The notes under the pieces were generated by a model, which saw only the letters and a list, made by a program, of their open reading frames with translations, was not told the DNA's origin and searched no databases. Shown here piece after piece: positions 48,631-59,981 of a stretch of DNA of 64,000 nt. Both the position numbers and the translations under genes were made by a program. Position 1 is the first letter of the stretch. Each line of letters begins with the position of its first letter. Source of the DNA: Candidatus Latescibacterota bacterium (lineage in GTDB: Bacteria; Latescibacterota; UBA2968; GCA-2709665); contig CAXXXF010000014.1 of the NCBI GenBank assembly GCA_963667175.2, forward strand, positions 96,001 to 160,000. Reading direction: 5' to 3'.

Positions 48631-49005
48631 GCCCCTCCTGTGCCTACCGCCCTTCAGGTCACGCCTCGAATTCCTTCATTGAATTGACCCAATTGCCTGA
48701 AATAGCCACAGGGGAACTGCGCGCAAACAACGCCCTGGAAGCTCCTTCCGGCGCGTCGTAGACATTCATGTCCTCGTCCATCACAGCCTTCCTCGACTGA
48801 TCCCTGCCGCAACCTCCGCGAACGTCCGCTTCTTCCCTGTCTCATAACGGTCCGTTGAGACAGACCATCGCGTCTCCAGCCGAATATTACATTGAACAGG
48901 CGCAAAAGACAAGAAACACCTGATGGCCGCTGAATCCGTCACGCAGGTCCCGTCGATCGTTTGCCTGTCAACCGCCAATCGATATCCGACGCGTTTGGAC
49001 GAGAG

Positions 49006-49317
49006 CAGGTCTCCGGTCCCGGCGAGGTTCTCCTGACGGCGAAGGCGTCGGACCCGGACGGCGACGCACTGAGGGTCGAGTCGGTACCGGCCCCGTCGCA
49101 CGGGATGGCGCAAATCGTCGATGACTGCGTGTCGTACACCCCGGCCGAGGACTACTATGGAGAGGACCGGTTCGCCTACGTGGCGACGGACGGCAACGGC
49201 GGGACGGCGTCCGCCAATGTCGTGGTGACGGTGCGCCCGGTGGCGGACGCCCCGGCGGTGGCGGCCGCGATCCCGGACCAGACGCTCGAGGAAGGCGGCC
49301 GCGACGGCGGCGACTGA
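49006..49317 (+). pseudogene. Fragment of a cadherin/Ig-like repeat adhesin
   Basis: SDPDGDAL, YTPAEDYYGEDRFAYVATDG, VADAP and IPDQTL; no credible start; truncated. Confidence 0.65.
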
Positions 49318-49429
49318 CAGACGGGAAGGGGCGTGGAGGTGGCCGGCGGCGCGCGCTTCGCCTTCGGACGCGTACGACTGGAGGCGCAGGGCAGGCCAGC
49401 CGGGGTGAGGGTCTACCCTCTCTCCACCC

Positions 49430-50080
49430 TTAAATCTCTCCTGAACGCTTCTCGAAGAATGCCCTGACGTCGACGAGTTGCTTCGCGTAGAAGGCGGCGT
49501 CTTCGCTGTCGCGGGATTGGAGGACGGCAACCGCCGTATCGAATTCCGATTCGCCGGTGTCGTTGTCTCCCGACAGGATTTTCGTCAGCCCGATGTATCC
49601 GTCGAGCATGGTCGCCTGGTCCGGATTCCCGTCGTCCGACGCGCTGTGGTCTCTGGCGGCTCCAAATACCGACAACGCCTCCGCGTACGACCCATCGGCG
49701 ATCAAATGGGCGCCAAGAAACCAGCACGTAAACGCGAGTTGAGCGTCGGTCGGGTCCAGTTCACGCAGCTGCCTGACGCTATATCGGGCGAACGCGAGCC
49801 CCTGCCGCGTCTGGTCCGCGGAAATCTCCACGTCCGGTTCTTCCCAGCCGATCCAGGTGAAGGATGCGGCATTGGTGGCCATCTTCTTGGCGGCGAATCG
49901 AAACTCCCGTGCGGCATCGTCCTCGATGCCGTCGTTCGCGCACGCCCGGGCGAGGCAATGGTGAATACCGGCGTTCGCGAAGTGGATCACCTGATCGATG
50001 GATTTGGCTTTCCAGTAGCCGTCCAGGACCAGGTTTCCAAACGCCTCGGCTACGTCGGACGCATCCCCGAGCCCAAGCAC
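49430..50080 (-). CDS. Hypothetical TPR-like helical protein (start may lie further upstream)
   Basis: 216-aa ORF; the frame is open upstream of the GTG. Confidence 0.65.
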   Translation of the reverse strand: MLGLGDASDVAEAFGNLVLDGYWKAKSIDQVIHFANAGIHHCLARACANDGIEDDAAREFRFAAKKMATNAASFTWIGWEEPDVEISADQTRQGLAFARYSVRQLRELDPTDAQLAFTCWFLGAHLIADGSYAEALSVFGAARDHSASDDGNPDQATMLDGYIGLTKILSGDNDTGESEFDTAVAVLQSRDSEDAAFYAKQLVDVRAFFEKRSGEI

Positions 50081-50231
50081 GTATTCGCTTGCGGCATAGA
50101 GGTCCTTCTCCTCAACAAGAGTCCGGACGTTATCGAATATAAATTCGCGCTCCAGGTTACGTCCTGCTCGGATTGCCCCGCTTCCTGCCGATTGACCGTC
50201 GTGGGACCTCGCCGCAAACTAACAGTTTGCT

Positions 50232-51944
50232 CTACACGTTCCGGCGCCAGGCTTGAAACTCCGCCAAGGGCATCGCATTGAGTACATCTTCAGCCGTCAG
50301 TCCGCCCTTTCGGCCACAGCCCAGGCCGTGGTCCATCTGCTCCAGGCCCTCCACACTGTGGGCATCCGTATTGATGGCAATTTTCACGCCTCTTTCCAGC
50401 GCGTATCCGATATGGCGCCAGTCCATGTCCAGCCGCCGCGGATTGGCGTTCAGCTCAATGGCCGTATTGGACTCGGCCGCCGCGTCGATAACGGCGCGGT
50501 GATCCAGCGGATACCCCTCGCGAGCCAGCAACAGACGGCCCGTTGGGTGCCCCAGAATGTGCACGTGAGGGCTGCGCACCGCGCGCACGATCCGCTCGGT
50601 CGCTTCGGCCTCGGTCATGCCGAACCTGGAATGCACCGACGCGACGACAACGTCGAACTCCGCCAGGAATTCGTCCTCGAAGTCCAGACGCCCGTCGCCC
50701 AGGACATCCACCTCGATCCCCTTCAACACCCGGACGTCCGCGAGTTCCGCGTTGACACGCTCGATTTCCTCCCACTGGGCGCGGACCCGGTCCTCCGTCA
50801 GGCCGTTCGCGTATGCCGCCGCCTTGCTGTGGTCGCATATCCCGATATACGCGTATCCAAGATCCGCCGCAGCACTCGCCATCTCCATCACGTCCGCCCG
50901 GCCGTCGCTGTGCCGGGTATGCACGTGAAGCGTCCCCAGCAATTCCTCGCGTCTCACCAGCCGGGGAAACCCTCCGGCCGCGGCCCGTCGGACCTCGTCT
51001 TCTCCCTCCCGCAGTTCCGGTGGGACTTCGGCAAGACCCACCGCCTCGAACAGCGCCGCCTCGTCCTCACAGGGGATCCGGCGATCGCCGTCGAACAAAC
51101 CTCCTTCGTTCAGTCTCAATCCAGCTTTCGACGCCCTTTCGCGCATCCGGGCGACGTGCGATGCGCTGCCCGTCACGTGATGAAGCGCAGCCGAATACGC
51201 CTCCTCCTCGACGATCCACAAATTCGCGCGCATTCCGGAGTTCAACGCAACACGCAGCGGCATTGCTCCGGTTTCCAGGACTTCCTCCACCTCCCCGTAC
51301 CCCGCAAATGCTGCGGCAAGCCCTTCCGGATCCTTTGCGCACGCCACCAGGTCGATATCGCTGTGCGTTTCGCAGCGGCGCCGTATCGTTCCCGCCACGG
51401 CCAGCCGGTCCACGGTCGCCCGGTCCTCGAGATAGGCCTGAATCTTCTTCGCTTCATCGCGTGCGTTATTGCATAGAAACTGGCCGCGGTGCTTCTGCAT
51501 GTATTGAATGCCGTTCGCGATCCGTTCGGCGGTTTTCCTGCCGAAGCCGCTCATCGATTCCAGTTCACCGGAGTCGCAGGCTCTGGAGAGCGCATCGACG
51601 TCCACAATGCCCAGTTCTTCATAAATCGCCCGTACTCTCTTCGCCCCCAGCCCGGGAATCTCCGTCATCTCCATCAGCCCTTCCGGTACGGATGCCTTCA
51701 ATTCCTCCAGACCGGGAAGACGCCCCGTCTCCACGAGTTCGCCGATGCGTCCCGCGAGTCCCTTCCCCACGCCCCGGACCGTATCCAGCTTTCCCTCGGC
51801 TGCCAGTGTCGCTACCGGTTCCCCGTGGGAATCGATTGCCCGGGCGGCGTTGGCGTACGCGCGTAGGCGAAATCCACTCTCGCCGTTCAACGCCATCAAT
51901 TCCGCCATCTCTTCCAGGATCTCCGCGACGTCCCGGTTGTCCAT
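50232..51944 (-). CDS. polX: DNA polymerase X / PHP-domain protein
   Basis: FRLRAY, GLGAKR, GTIRR...DID, HVHTRHSDG, DHS, HPTGR and NTDAH motifs. Confidence 0.92.
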   Translation of the reverse strand: MDNRDVAEILEEMAELMALNGESGFRLRAYANAARAIDSHGEPVATLAAEGKLDTVRGVGKGLAGRIGELVETGRLPGLEELKASVPEGLMEMTEIPGLGAKRVRAIYEELGIVDVDALSRACDSGELESMSGFGRKTAERIANGIQYMQKHRGQFLCNNARDEAKKIQAYLEDRATVDRLAVAGTIRRRCETHSDIDLVACAKDPEGLAAAFAGYGEVEEVLETGAMPLRVALNSGMRANLWIVEEEAYSAALHHVTGSASHVARMRERASKAGLRLNEGGLFDGDRRIPCEDEAALFEAVGLAEVPPELREGEDEVRRAAAGGFPRLVRREELLGTLHVHTRHSDGRADVMEMASAAADLGYAYIGICDHSKAAAYANGLTEDRVRAQWEEIERVNAELADVRVLKGIEVDVLGDGRLDFEDEFLAEFDVVVASVHSRFGMTEAEATERIVRAVRSPHVHILGHPTGRLLLAREGYPLDHRAVIDAAAESNTAIELNANPRRLDMDWRHIGYALERGVKIAINTDAHSVEGLEQMDHGLGCGRKGGLTAEDVLNAMPLAEFQAWRRNV

Positions 51945-52048
51945 TACGCCTCCGTTATCAGCATTCGGGCGGTGGTACGTATCTCTGACGCGCAGCCGTT
52001 CGCTCAAATCCGCACCTGAACCGCGCGGTTGCTCCTGAACGCGGCCGT

Positions 52049-52570
52049 CTACTCCGGCGCCCCGGCCCGGGTACGTCCGACGTCATCCAGCAACAGGTTG
52101 TTCTTCCGGATATAGAAGGGGGTGAGGGCAAATGTGATCATATTCACCACCAGACTCAGTATCGCAAGGACCTCGTGCAGGATCTGATAAAACGTGCGGC
52201 CGCCTTCCCCGCCGCTCCAGAGCAGGTCCGCGTGCGCGCCGCCGCCGATCATCGCCGCTGCCATGATCAGCAGAATGCCGAACGTCAGCAGGTAGAAGAA
52301 ACCGCCTTTGAACGCGCGGGCGCGGGCCAGAAACTCAGGGTCCAGGCCTCGCTCCCTGACCTCGGCCTTGATCGCCGAGCCCGTGCCCATAAAGTAGAAC
52401 ATCGTCGTCGTCTGTGTCAGAACCGTGAGAAACGCGGCCAGAAGGCCCACCTTCAGGTGGGCGCCCACGCTAACGGACATCCAGTCGAACCGCGACGCGT
52501 ACCCCATGCCGAAGCTCATCAGCAACAGGGGAATATTCACAACGAGCATGCCCAGAATGGCCGCCTGCAT
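52049..52570 (-). CDS. Four-TM membrane protein
   Basis: Four hydrophobic segments, two with His. Confidence 0.7.
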   Translation of the reverse strand: MQAAILGMLVVNIPLLLMSFGMGYASRFDWMSVSVGAHLKVGLLAAFLTVLTQTTTMFYFMGTGSAIKAEVRERGLDPEFLARARAFKGGFFYLLTFGILLIMAAAMIGGGAHADLLWSGGEGGRTFYQILHEVLAILSLVVNMITFALTPFYIRKNNLLLDDVGRTRAGAPE

Positions 52571-52807
52571 CGTCGTCGATCTTACGCCTTCGGAAGCGCC
52601 CGACCGTTGTGACTCCGTTTCCACTCCTGACCTCCAGCCTGTGAATGCCAACCCGTTTACACCGGTCGCAGCCGCCCGCACCCGGCGCGAACCCCTCACG
52701 TGATTTTTATGGACATTCGGGTCGAAGACTTTATTTTCTATGGAATATAGACAGAGAAGGCAACGCCGTCAACTTCCTCACGTCAGCAGATGCCTCAGCA
52801 TACGCCC

Positions 52808-53836
52808 ATGGCGCAACGGTTGAACGCGGCCATTGCCGGACTGGGCCGCGCCGGATGGTCGAAGCATTTCAAGGATCTCAATGACGCGCCGGAATTTCAT
52901 CTCGACGCCGTCATCGACCCGCTCCCGGAACGCCGTGAAGAGGCGGCCGCGCTTTCCGGTTGCCGGACCTACGGGACCATGGACGCTTTCTGGCGAAGGG
53001 AACGCCCGGACGTGCTTGTTGTGGCGACCCCCACGAGGCTTCACGAGCGTCACGCCCGGAGGGCGCTCCGCGAAGGCTGTCACGTGATCCTCGAAAAGCC
53101 GATGACCACCACGCTGAAGTCGGCGGACCGCATTGTCGATGAAGCGGAACGGAACGGCCGCCGCGCGCTCGTCTACCAGCCGCATCGCCTTTCAGCGGAA
53201 ACGCAGACGCTCAAAGGGATCATCAATAGCGGGATCCTCGGCCCGGTCTACCTCATCCGCCGGTCGCTGACGCGTTACGTGCGGCGCAACGACTGGCAGA
53301 GCCTGCGAAAAAACGGCGGCGGCATGCTCAATAACTACGGCGCCCACTACATCGACCAGTTGCTGTATCTTTCAGACGGCACGCCCGTTTCAGATATCCG
53401 ATGCAACCTGTGGGCGGTCGCGACGCGCGGAGACGCGGACGACGTGGTCAGAATCTGGCTCAAGACCGAAGAGAACCAGCTACTCGATCTGGAAATCAAC
53501 CAGGCGGCGGCCCTGCCCCTTCCGCCCTGGCACGTCTGCGGGCAATACGGAACCCTCGTACAGTCAGAGAACGCCTTCCACATACGGTACTACGAGCCCG
53601 ACCAGGCGCCGGCCCTGGCCGTCATCGAAGGGGCTGCGCCGGGGCGCAGCTACGACAACCAGGACCGACTCCCCTGGCGGGAAGAGGCCGTGCCGATTCG
53701 TCCTGAAGCGCAACTCGACTTCTACGCGAACGTCCATGAGACGTTATCCCGAAACGCGGCGCCCCACGTCAAGCCCCATGAATCGCGTGAACTGATACGG
53801 GTCATCGAACAATGCCGAAAACGGGCTGTATTCTGA
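52808..53836 (+). CDS. Gfo/Idh/MocA oxidoreductase
   Basis: GLGRAG, EKPM, GGMLNNYGAHYIDQ. Confidence 0.9.
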   Translation: MAQRLNAAIAGLGRAGWSKHFKDLNDAPEFHLDAVIDPLPERREEAAALSGCRTYGTMDAFWRRERPDVLVVATPTRLHERHARRALREGCHVILEKPMTTTLKSADRIVDEAERNGRRALVYQPHRLSAETQTLKGIINSGILGPVYLIRRSLTRYVRRNDWQSLRKNGGGMLNNYGAHYIDQLLYLSDGTPVSDIRCNLWAVATRGDADDVVRIWLKTEENQLLDLEINQAAALPLPPWHVCGQYGTLVQSENAFHIRYYEPDQAPALAVIEGAAPGRSYDNQDRLPWREEAVPIRPEAQLDFYANVHETLSRNAAPHVKPHESRELIRVIEQCRKRAVF

Positions 53837-53847
53837 GAAGCTGTTTT

Positions 53848-54014
53848 TAACCTCAATTCGAAAAAGATAACCGCCAAATCAGCCACAAAAAGCACAAAAG
53901 GCACAAAAGGTATAGACGCCAATCGGCGTGTGTCGTAACGCCGTGACCCTGCAGAGTTTTCCTTGTCATTCGACGATACGCCCTGTAACAGATTAGCTGT
54001 TTTTGTGGATGATT
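53848..54014. repeat. IR-bounded intergenic element sharing its 5' part with 36276-36360
   Basis: AATCAGCCACAAAAA ... TTTTTGTGGATGATT inverted arms; CACAAAA(A/G)G periodicity. Confidence 0.7.
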
Positions 54015-54091
54015 CAGGTTGTCGCCTTTTTCGTATTTTTCGCGTGTTTCGCAGTTTCTGATTTTTCTACGTCGTTTCTGAAAGGAGAGCG

Positions 54092-55157
54092 ATGCGCAAG
54101 TCTTCCCGTGCGTTTCTCGAAGCCATGCTCAATGCCCCGGGTCCATCCGGATACGAGGGTCCCGTTCGTGAGGTCTGGACGGCGGAAACGAAGAAAACGG
54201 CGGACAAGGTCACGGTCGACGCGCACGGCAACGCGATTGCCGTGCACAACGCCAAAGGCAGCCCGCGAATCATGCTGGCCGGACATATGGATGAACTGGG
54301 ATTTCAGGTCAACCATATCGACGACAACGGGTTCATCTACGTCAACACCATCGGCGGCTTCGACACGAATATCGTCCCGGGCAGGAAAGTCCGCATCCAT
54401 ACGTCATCCGGCGCCGTCCCGGGCGTCTTCGGCAAGAAACCGATCCATCTGATGACGGCGGAGGACCGGAAGAAAACGCCCGGAGTCCATGAACTCTGGA
54501 TCGACGTCGGCGCCGCAGACGCGAAAGAGGCCGGAAAAATCGTCGACGTCGGCGACCCCGTCACCTATGATCCCAATTTCGAAGTGATCCGCGGAGACCT
54601 GGCCGTCTCCCGCGCCTTCGACAACAAAATGGGCGCCTATATCGCGGCGGAGACCCTGCGCCGTGTCGCCCGCTCCGCGAAACCGTCCCGGGCCGCCCTG
54701 TTCGCCGTTGCCACGGTCCAGGAGGAGATCGGCCTGCGCGGCGCAAAAACCAGCGCGTACGGCATCGATCCGCATCTCGGTATCGGCCTGGACGTCGCCT
54801 GCGCGACCGATCACCCCGACGTCGACAAGCGCCGCGACGGCGACCTCAAGGTGGGCGCCGGGCCCGTCATCGCCCGCGGCGCCAACGTCAATCCGGTTGT
54901 CTTCAAGCGCCTCGTGGCCGCGGCGCGAGAGGCGGACGTGCCGGTTCAGATCGAAGCCGCGTCCGGCGGAACCGGAACCGACGCGAACGCCATACAGCTC
55001 ACACGCGCCGGCGTGGCCACCGGGCTGGTCAGCGTGGCGCTGCGCTATATGCACACACCCGTGGAAATCCTGTCTCTCAAGGACCTGGACCGGACCGTCG
55101 CCCTGCTCACGGAATTCATCCTGGCGATCCACACCGAAAACCCGGTTTATACCGTAA
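54092..55157 (+). CDS. M42-family aminopeptidase (shift near the 3' end)
   Basis: GHMDE, AFDNK, VQEEIG, GTDA, RYMHTP. Confidence 0.9.
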
Positions 55158-55180
55158 TGCGCAGCGAATCCGGAGGCAAA

Positions 55181-56045
55181 ATGAAACTCTCCTGCACGTC
55201 TGTCATGCTGCCCCGATGGGATCTGGACCGCACGTTCGAAAAGCTGGCCGAACACGGGTACGACGGCATCGAACTGCGTTGCCGCTACAACCCCGGCGAC
55301 GATAGCGGAGGCCCCCTCATTCTGGGGCCGCCACCTCTCGGACGTCAGCCCCGATAACGTCATCCAAAAGGCCGAAGCGATCCGGGCCGCCGAAAGGCGT
55401 ACCGGGATACAGGTGATCGCCCTGGCCCCGAACGTCACGCTGGAAGACACCGACGTCGTGGAGAAACTGTTCCGCGGCGCGGCGGCGCTGAACCCTGACA
55501 GCCCGCCCATGATCCGCATCGGCGCGCCACGGCACGACCGGACGCAGCCCTACTGGCCCCAGTTCCTCAACGCGCGAGCGGGTCTCGCGAACCTCGCTGA
55601 AACCGCCCGGGATTATAACGTCAAAATTCTCTACGAGATTCACGTGGGCACCGTCGCCGTCACCTGTTCGCGCGCCATCGAACTGCTGCGCGACCTGGAG
55701 CCGGAGCATATCGGCGCCATCTACGATGTTCCGAACATGCTCCGCGTGGGCCTTGAAGACACCAGAATGGGCATGGAACTGCTCGGCCCCTATCTCGCGC
55801 ACTGCCACGTCGGAAACGGCAAACCCGTCTCCACCGGGCGCGACGGCACGGGCGCCCTTGAATGGGAATGGGACTTCGCCGACCTGAGGGAAGGGATTGC
55901 CGATATCGGCCAGATCATCCGCGATTTCAAAGACGTCGGCTACGCCGGGTACCTCTCGCTGGAAGACTTCGGGCCCGGCGACGACGACGCCAAGCTTGGC
56001 GAACAGGGCGCCTATCTGAGGCGGCTGCTTGAGAAGCTGTCTTAA
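55181..56045 (+). CDS. Sugar phosphate isomerase/epimerase (frameshift near 55310)
   Basis: GYDGIELR, YEIH, YDVPN, HCHV, LSLEDF. Confidence 0.8.
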
Positions 56046-56086
56046 AATCCCCAACGGCCTTCGCCCGGCTGCAAGGAGCACCGCCT

Positions 56087-57349
56087 ATGCCAGAACCTGA
56101 GTCCCGTGACCGACCCATCCGGGTGGGCGTCATCGGCGTGGGACGGGGCCGGAGCTTCGCCCGGGGCGCGACGGACGCCGTGGGAATGAAGCTCGTGGCG
56201 CTTTGCGACACCTGGAAGGAGAAGCTCGAACAGGTCGGCCGGGAATACGGGGTGTCCCACCTACACCGACTACGACCGTTTTCTAGAACATGAAATGGAC
56301 GCGGTCATCCTGGCGAACTACAGCCACGAGCACGCGCCCTTCGCAATCAAGGCGCTTCAGGCGGAAAAACACGTGATGAGCGAAACCGCCGCGTGCAAGA
56401 CGCTCGCCGAAGGCGTTGCGCTGTGCCGAGCGGTGGAAGCAAGCGGCCGCATCTACATGTTCGCCGAAAACTACCCCTTCTCCTCGGCAAACCAGGAACT
56501 GCGCAGGCTCTACCGTAGCGGAGAGATCGGAAACGTCACCTACGCCGAAGGCGAATACAACCACGCAGCCGAGGAAAACTGGCGACTGGGCATCTCCCCA
56601 GGCCTGAACCACTGGCGAAACTGGATTCCGCCCACGTACTACTGCAGCCACGCGCTCGCGCCCCTGATGTGCGTCACGGGGACCATGCCCGTTTCCGTCA
56701 ACGCGCTGTCCATCGTCGAAGAACCCACCCAGTCGCCGTATCGCGTGCGCGTGGGAGACCAGGGCGGTCTGATCCTGGTCCGGACGGACAACGGCGCCGT
56801 CTTCCGGATCCTGGGCCTGCAGCTGAGTTCCATCCACCGGGTGCGCTACGAAATTCACGGCGAACGGGGTCTCATCGCCACCGCTGAACCCAACCACTGG
56901 AGCTGCGTCCGCGTTCATCACGAAGACTGGCTGCGGACCAAAGGTCAGCCATTGGACCGGACCTACACCGCCGACTGGCCCGAACACGGCGATCTCGCCC
57001 GGAAGGCGGGGCCACGGCGGCGGGGACTTCTGGACGAATTTCCACTTCGCGCGCGCCATCCGATCCGGCCGTCAGCCCTATCTGAACGTGTACCGGGGCG
57101 TGGCGATGGCCGCCGTCGGCGTGCAGGCCTGGCGCTCCTGCCTGGAGAACGGCGCTCCGTTTCCGATTCCCGATTTCCGGCGGAAAACGGCATGCAGGCC
57201 CTACGCGGAGGACCACTGGTCGCCCTATCCCGAAGACGCCGGCCCCGGCCAGCCTCCCCCCAGCACCCGGGGCTACGTGAAGCCGGGCCCGGACGCCATC
57301 CATTCCGCTCGCGCGCGCTGGCGAAAGCTGGGGGTACGATCGCTTATGA
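56087..57349 (+). CDS. Gfo/Idh/MocA oxidoreductase (frameshifts near 56256, 57008, 57331)
   Basis: VGVIGVGRG, HVMSE, AENY, EGEYNH, YYCSH and GHGGGD spread across frames. Confidence 0.8.
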
Positions 57350-58364
57350 CCGGATCGAAATCAGACGTTGTCATCACGGATTTCATTTCCAATCCCGATC
57401 TCGAGAGGGAAATCCTTCGCGGCGTTGCCGACGTCAGGGTTCTGAACGCGACCCGGGAAGACGAACTCGCGGGCCGGATCGAAACCGCCCACGCGATCAT
57501 ACCCTACCACTATATCGTCATCTCCGAGCTGACCCTGAACCGCCTGCAGAACTGCAAAGTCATCGTCCGGGGCGGCGTCGGCTTCGACAATGTTGACGTG
57601 GCCCGCGCGCGCGAACGGGGCATTCCCGTCTGCAACGTGCCCGATTACGGCACCGAAGACGTGGCCGATGCGGCCGTGGGCATGGCGGTTTCGATGATCC
57701 GGGGCGTCGCGTTTCTCAACTCCCGGCTGCGCGCGGCCCAGGGACCCTGGTCGCCCTCCCAGGCCGCGCCTCTGCAGCGGATCCGCGGCAGCGTTTTCGC
57801 GATTATCGGTCTGGGCCGGATCGGCACCGCCGCCGCCCTCCGCGCAAAGGCGCTGGGGATGGACGTGTGTTTCTACGACCCGTATAAGCCGGACGGATAT
57901 GCCAAGGCCCTCGGAATACGTCGCGTGGAAACCCTGGAGGACACCCTCGGCCAGGCCTTCACGCTCAGCATCCACTGCCCGCTGACGGACGAGACCCGCC
58001 GCCTGATCGACGCCGAAGCCATCGCGCGCATGCCCGACGGCGCGTACCTGGTGAACACCGCCCGCGGCGCGATTGTTGACACGTCGGCGATCCCGGACGC
58101 CGTCGCGTCCGGTCGTCTGGCCGGGGGCCGGGATCGACGTTTTCGAATGGGAACAGCTCCATGAGGAAGACCCCGCTCATCGTCGCCTGGCGGGACCCGG
58201 CCCACCCCGCGCACCATCGCGTGCTCCTGACGCCGCATTCCGCCTTCTACTCGGAGCAGAGCCTGACGGACCTGCGCGCCAGCACCGCCGAGACCTGCAG
58301 AAAGGCCCTGCTGGGCCAGCCGCTCAGAAATATCGTCAACCCTCCGGCAGGCAGAGGATCGTAG
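57346..58364 (+). CDS. D-isomer-specific 2-hydroxyacid dehydrogenase, CtBP-like (frameshift near 58125)
   Basis: GVGFDNVD, GLGRIG, VNTARG, TPHSAFYS. Confidence 0.88.
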
Positions 58365-58428
58365 CTGTTCGATCTCCACGGTTCCACCGATCGCCCGTGC
58401 CTGAAAGCGGAAAGGACCCGTCGACACC

Positions 58429-59934
58429 ATGCCATCCGATCAGAACATCCTCCTGCTTACCGACGGTCCCGGCGGAACGATCGCGTCCGATCTCGACATT
58501 CTGTACCCGGGCAGGGTCAGACGCCTGAACTTCGTGAGCGACCCTCACGACGAGGGCGTTCTCGGCGAGCATGAATTCGTCATCACCGTGATGAACGACG
58601 GGCGAAATCTGCGGATGCTGGACTACAATGCCGTCACGGCGTTCGCGGAATCCGGGGGGACAGGTCATCTCCTGCCTGTTCGAGTACGCGCGCAACCGCG
58701 GCCTGCACTTCAGCAAAACCCACGTGCAGGACCGGATCCGTCCGGAGATGCGAATCGAAATCGAGAACGACGTGACCCGCGGCTATGCCGCGGGCGACGC
58801 CTTATGGTGGTACGGCACCGTCACCAGCGCGCCGGACCAGACCTATGCAAACCAGATGTTCCAGCGACAGGTCCTGGGCGTGGACACCTCCGGAGACGTC
58901 ACGGTTCTGGGCATCTCCAATCTGAACAGCGGCGCCGTTATGCTGGAAGAGAAAGTCGGAGACGGCCGCATCGTGGCCATGGACCTCGTATCGCCGGTGC
59001 GCCCGTGGTACAATTCCTGGGGAAGCACGAACAAGTACCTCTTCCTCGGCAACGTCGTCAACAACGCCGTCCGTTACGGAAAACACTATCCGGAACGCCT
59101 CTCCTACGACGGTTTCGTCGACCTGATGTTCGACGTCGCGGATCAGTACCCCGACCTCCACGTCGAGGACGAAGGACGTTCCAGCGACGGCAGGCCGATC
59201 TATTCGCTGAACATCGGCGATGAAGCCAGCCCCACGATGAATTTTGGCGCCGCGATACACGGCTGGGAGTGGGAGAACGCGTACGGCCTGCTGCGCCTTG
59301 CGGAAGTCCTGTGCCGGAATCCGGAAGTGGAAGGGATGGACATCCGGAGCCTGCATTTCAAGATCCTGCCGGTGCAGAACCCGGGAGGATTCGACCGGTT
59401 CACCCGCCAGAATTCGAGGGGCGTAGACCTGAACCGCAACTTCGACTGCAACTGGGAGAACTTCCAATACACGCAGGGACGTGCGGATGCCCTGGGACTA
59501 CAATTACATGGGCGCCAATCCCGCGTCCGAACGGGAGACCCCGGGTCATCCAGCGCATCATCGACCGCTGCCGGCCGCTCTGCGTGATCGACTTCCATAC
59601 GGCCGATTATATCATGATGCTGCCCCACAAGGGAGACGGCGAACTGCTCGCAGCGATTCACGCCGATATCCGGGACCGTCTGAAAGACCGTTATCTGACC
59701 CAGAAACCGTACGCCGGCGCGTACCAGCAGGTCAATATGGACCGCATTACCGGATTCCGTCCACCCGAACCCTATTGCATCTCCTACGCGGCCGAGCGCG
59801 GCACGCCGGCCGCCTTCCTCATCGAAATGTCCGGCAATCGCGACGACGTTCACGCCCTCGTGATGAATACGGACACGGTCGTCGAAGTATGCCTCGCGGC
59901 CGTCAGGCAGTGTCTGCGAACCCGAAGCCGGTAG
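58429..59934 (+). CDS. M14 zinc carboxypeptidase-domain protein (frameshifts near 58657, 59476, 59545)
   Basis: IHGWE, NPGG, RQNSRGVDLNRNF, SERET, IDFH, IEM. Confidence 0.8.
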
Positions 59935-59981
59935 CCCGTAGCGACCGACAGACGGCTCGCCCGAATCAAAGGAGGCCCGCA

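Noticed and set aside
12123-49300. Integron cassette array
   Set aside because: No tyrosine integrase, mixed gene orientations, and the repeats lack RYYYAAC...GTTRRRY attC ends.
12123-49300. Prophage or ICE
   Set aside because: No structural, terminase, conjugation, relaxase or integrase genes were recognised.
28475-54014. CRISPR array
   Set aside because: The repeats are long, few and kilobases apart, with no regular spacers or cas genes.
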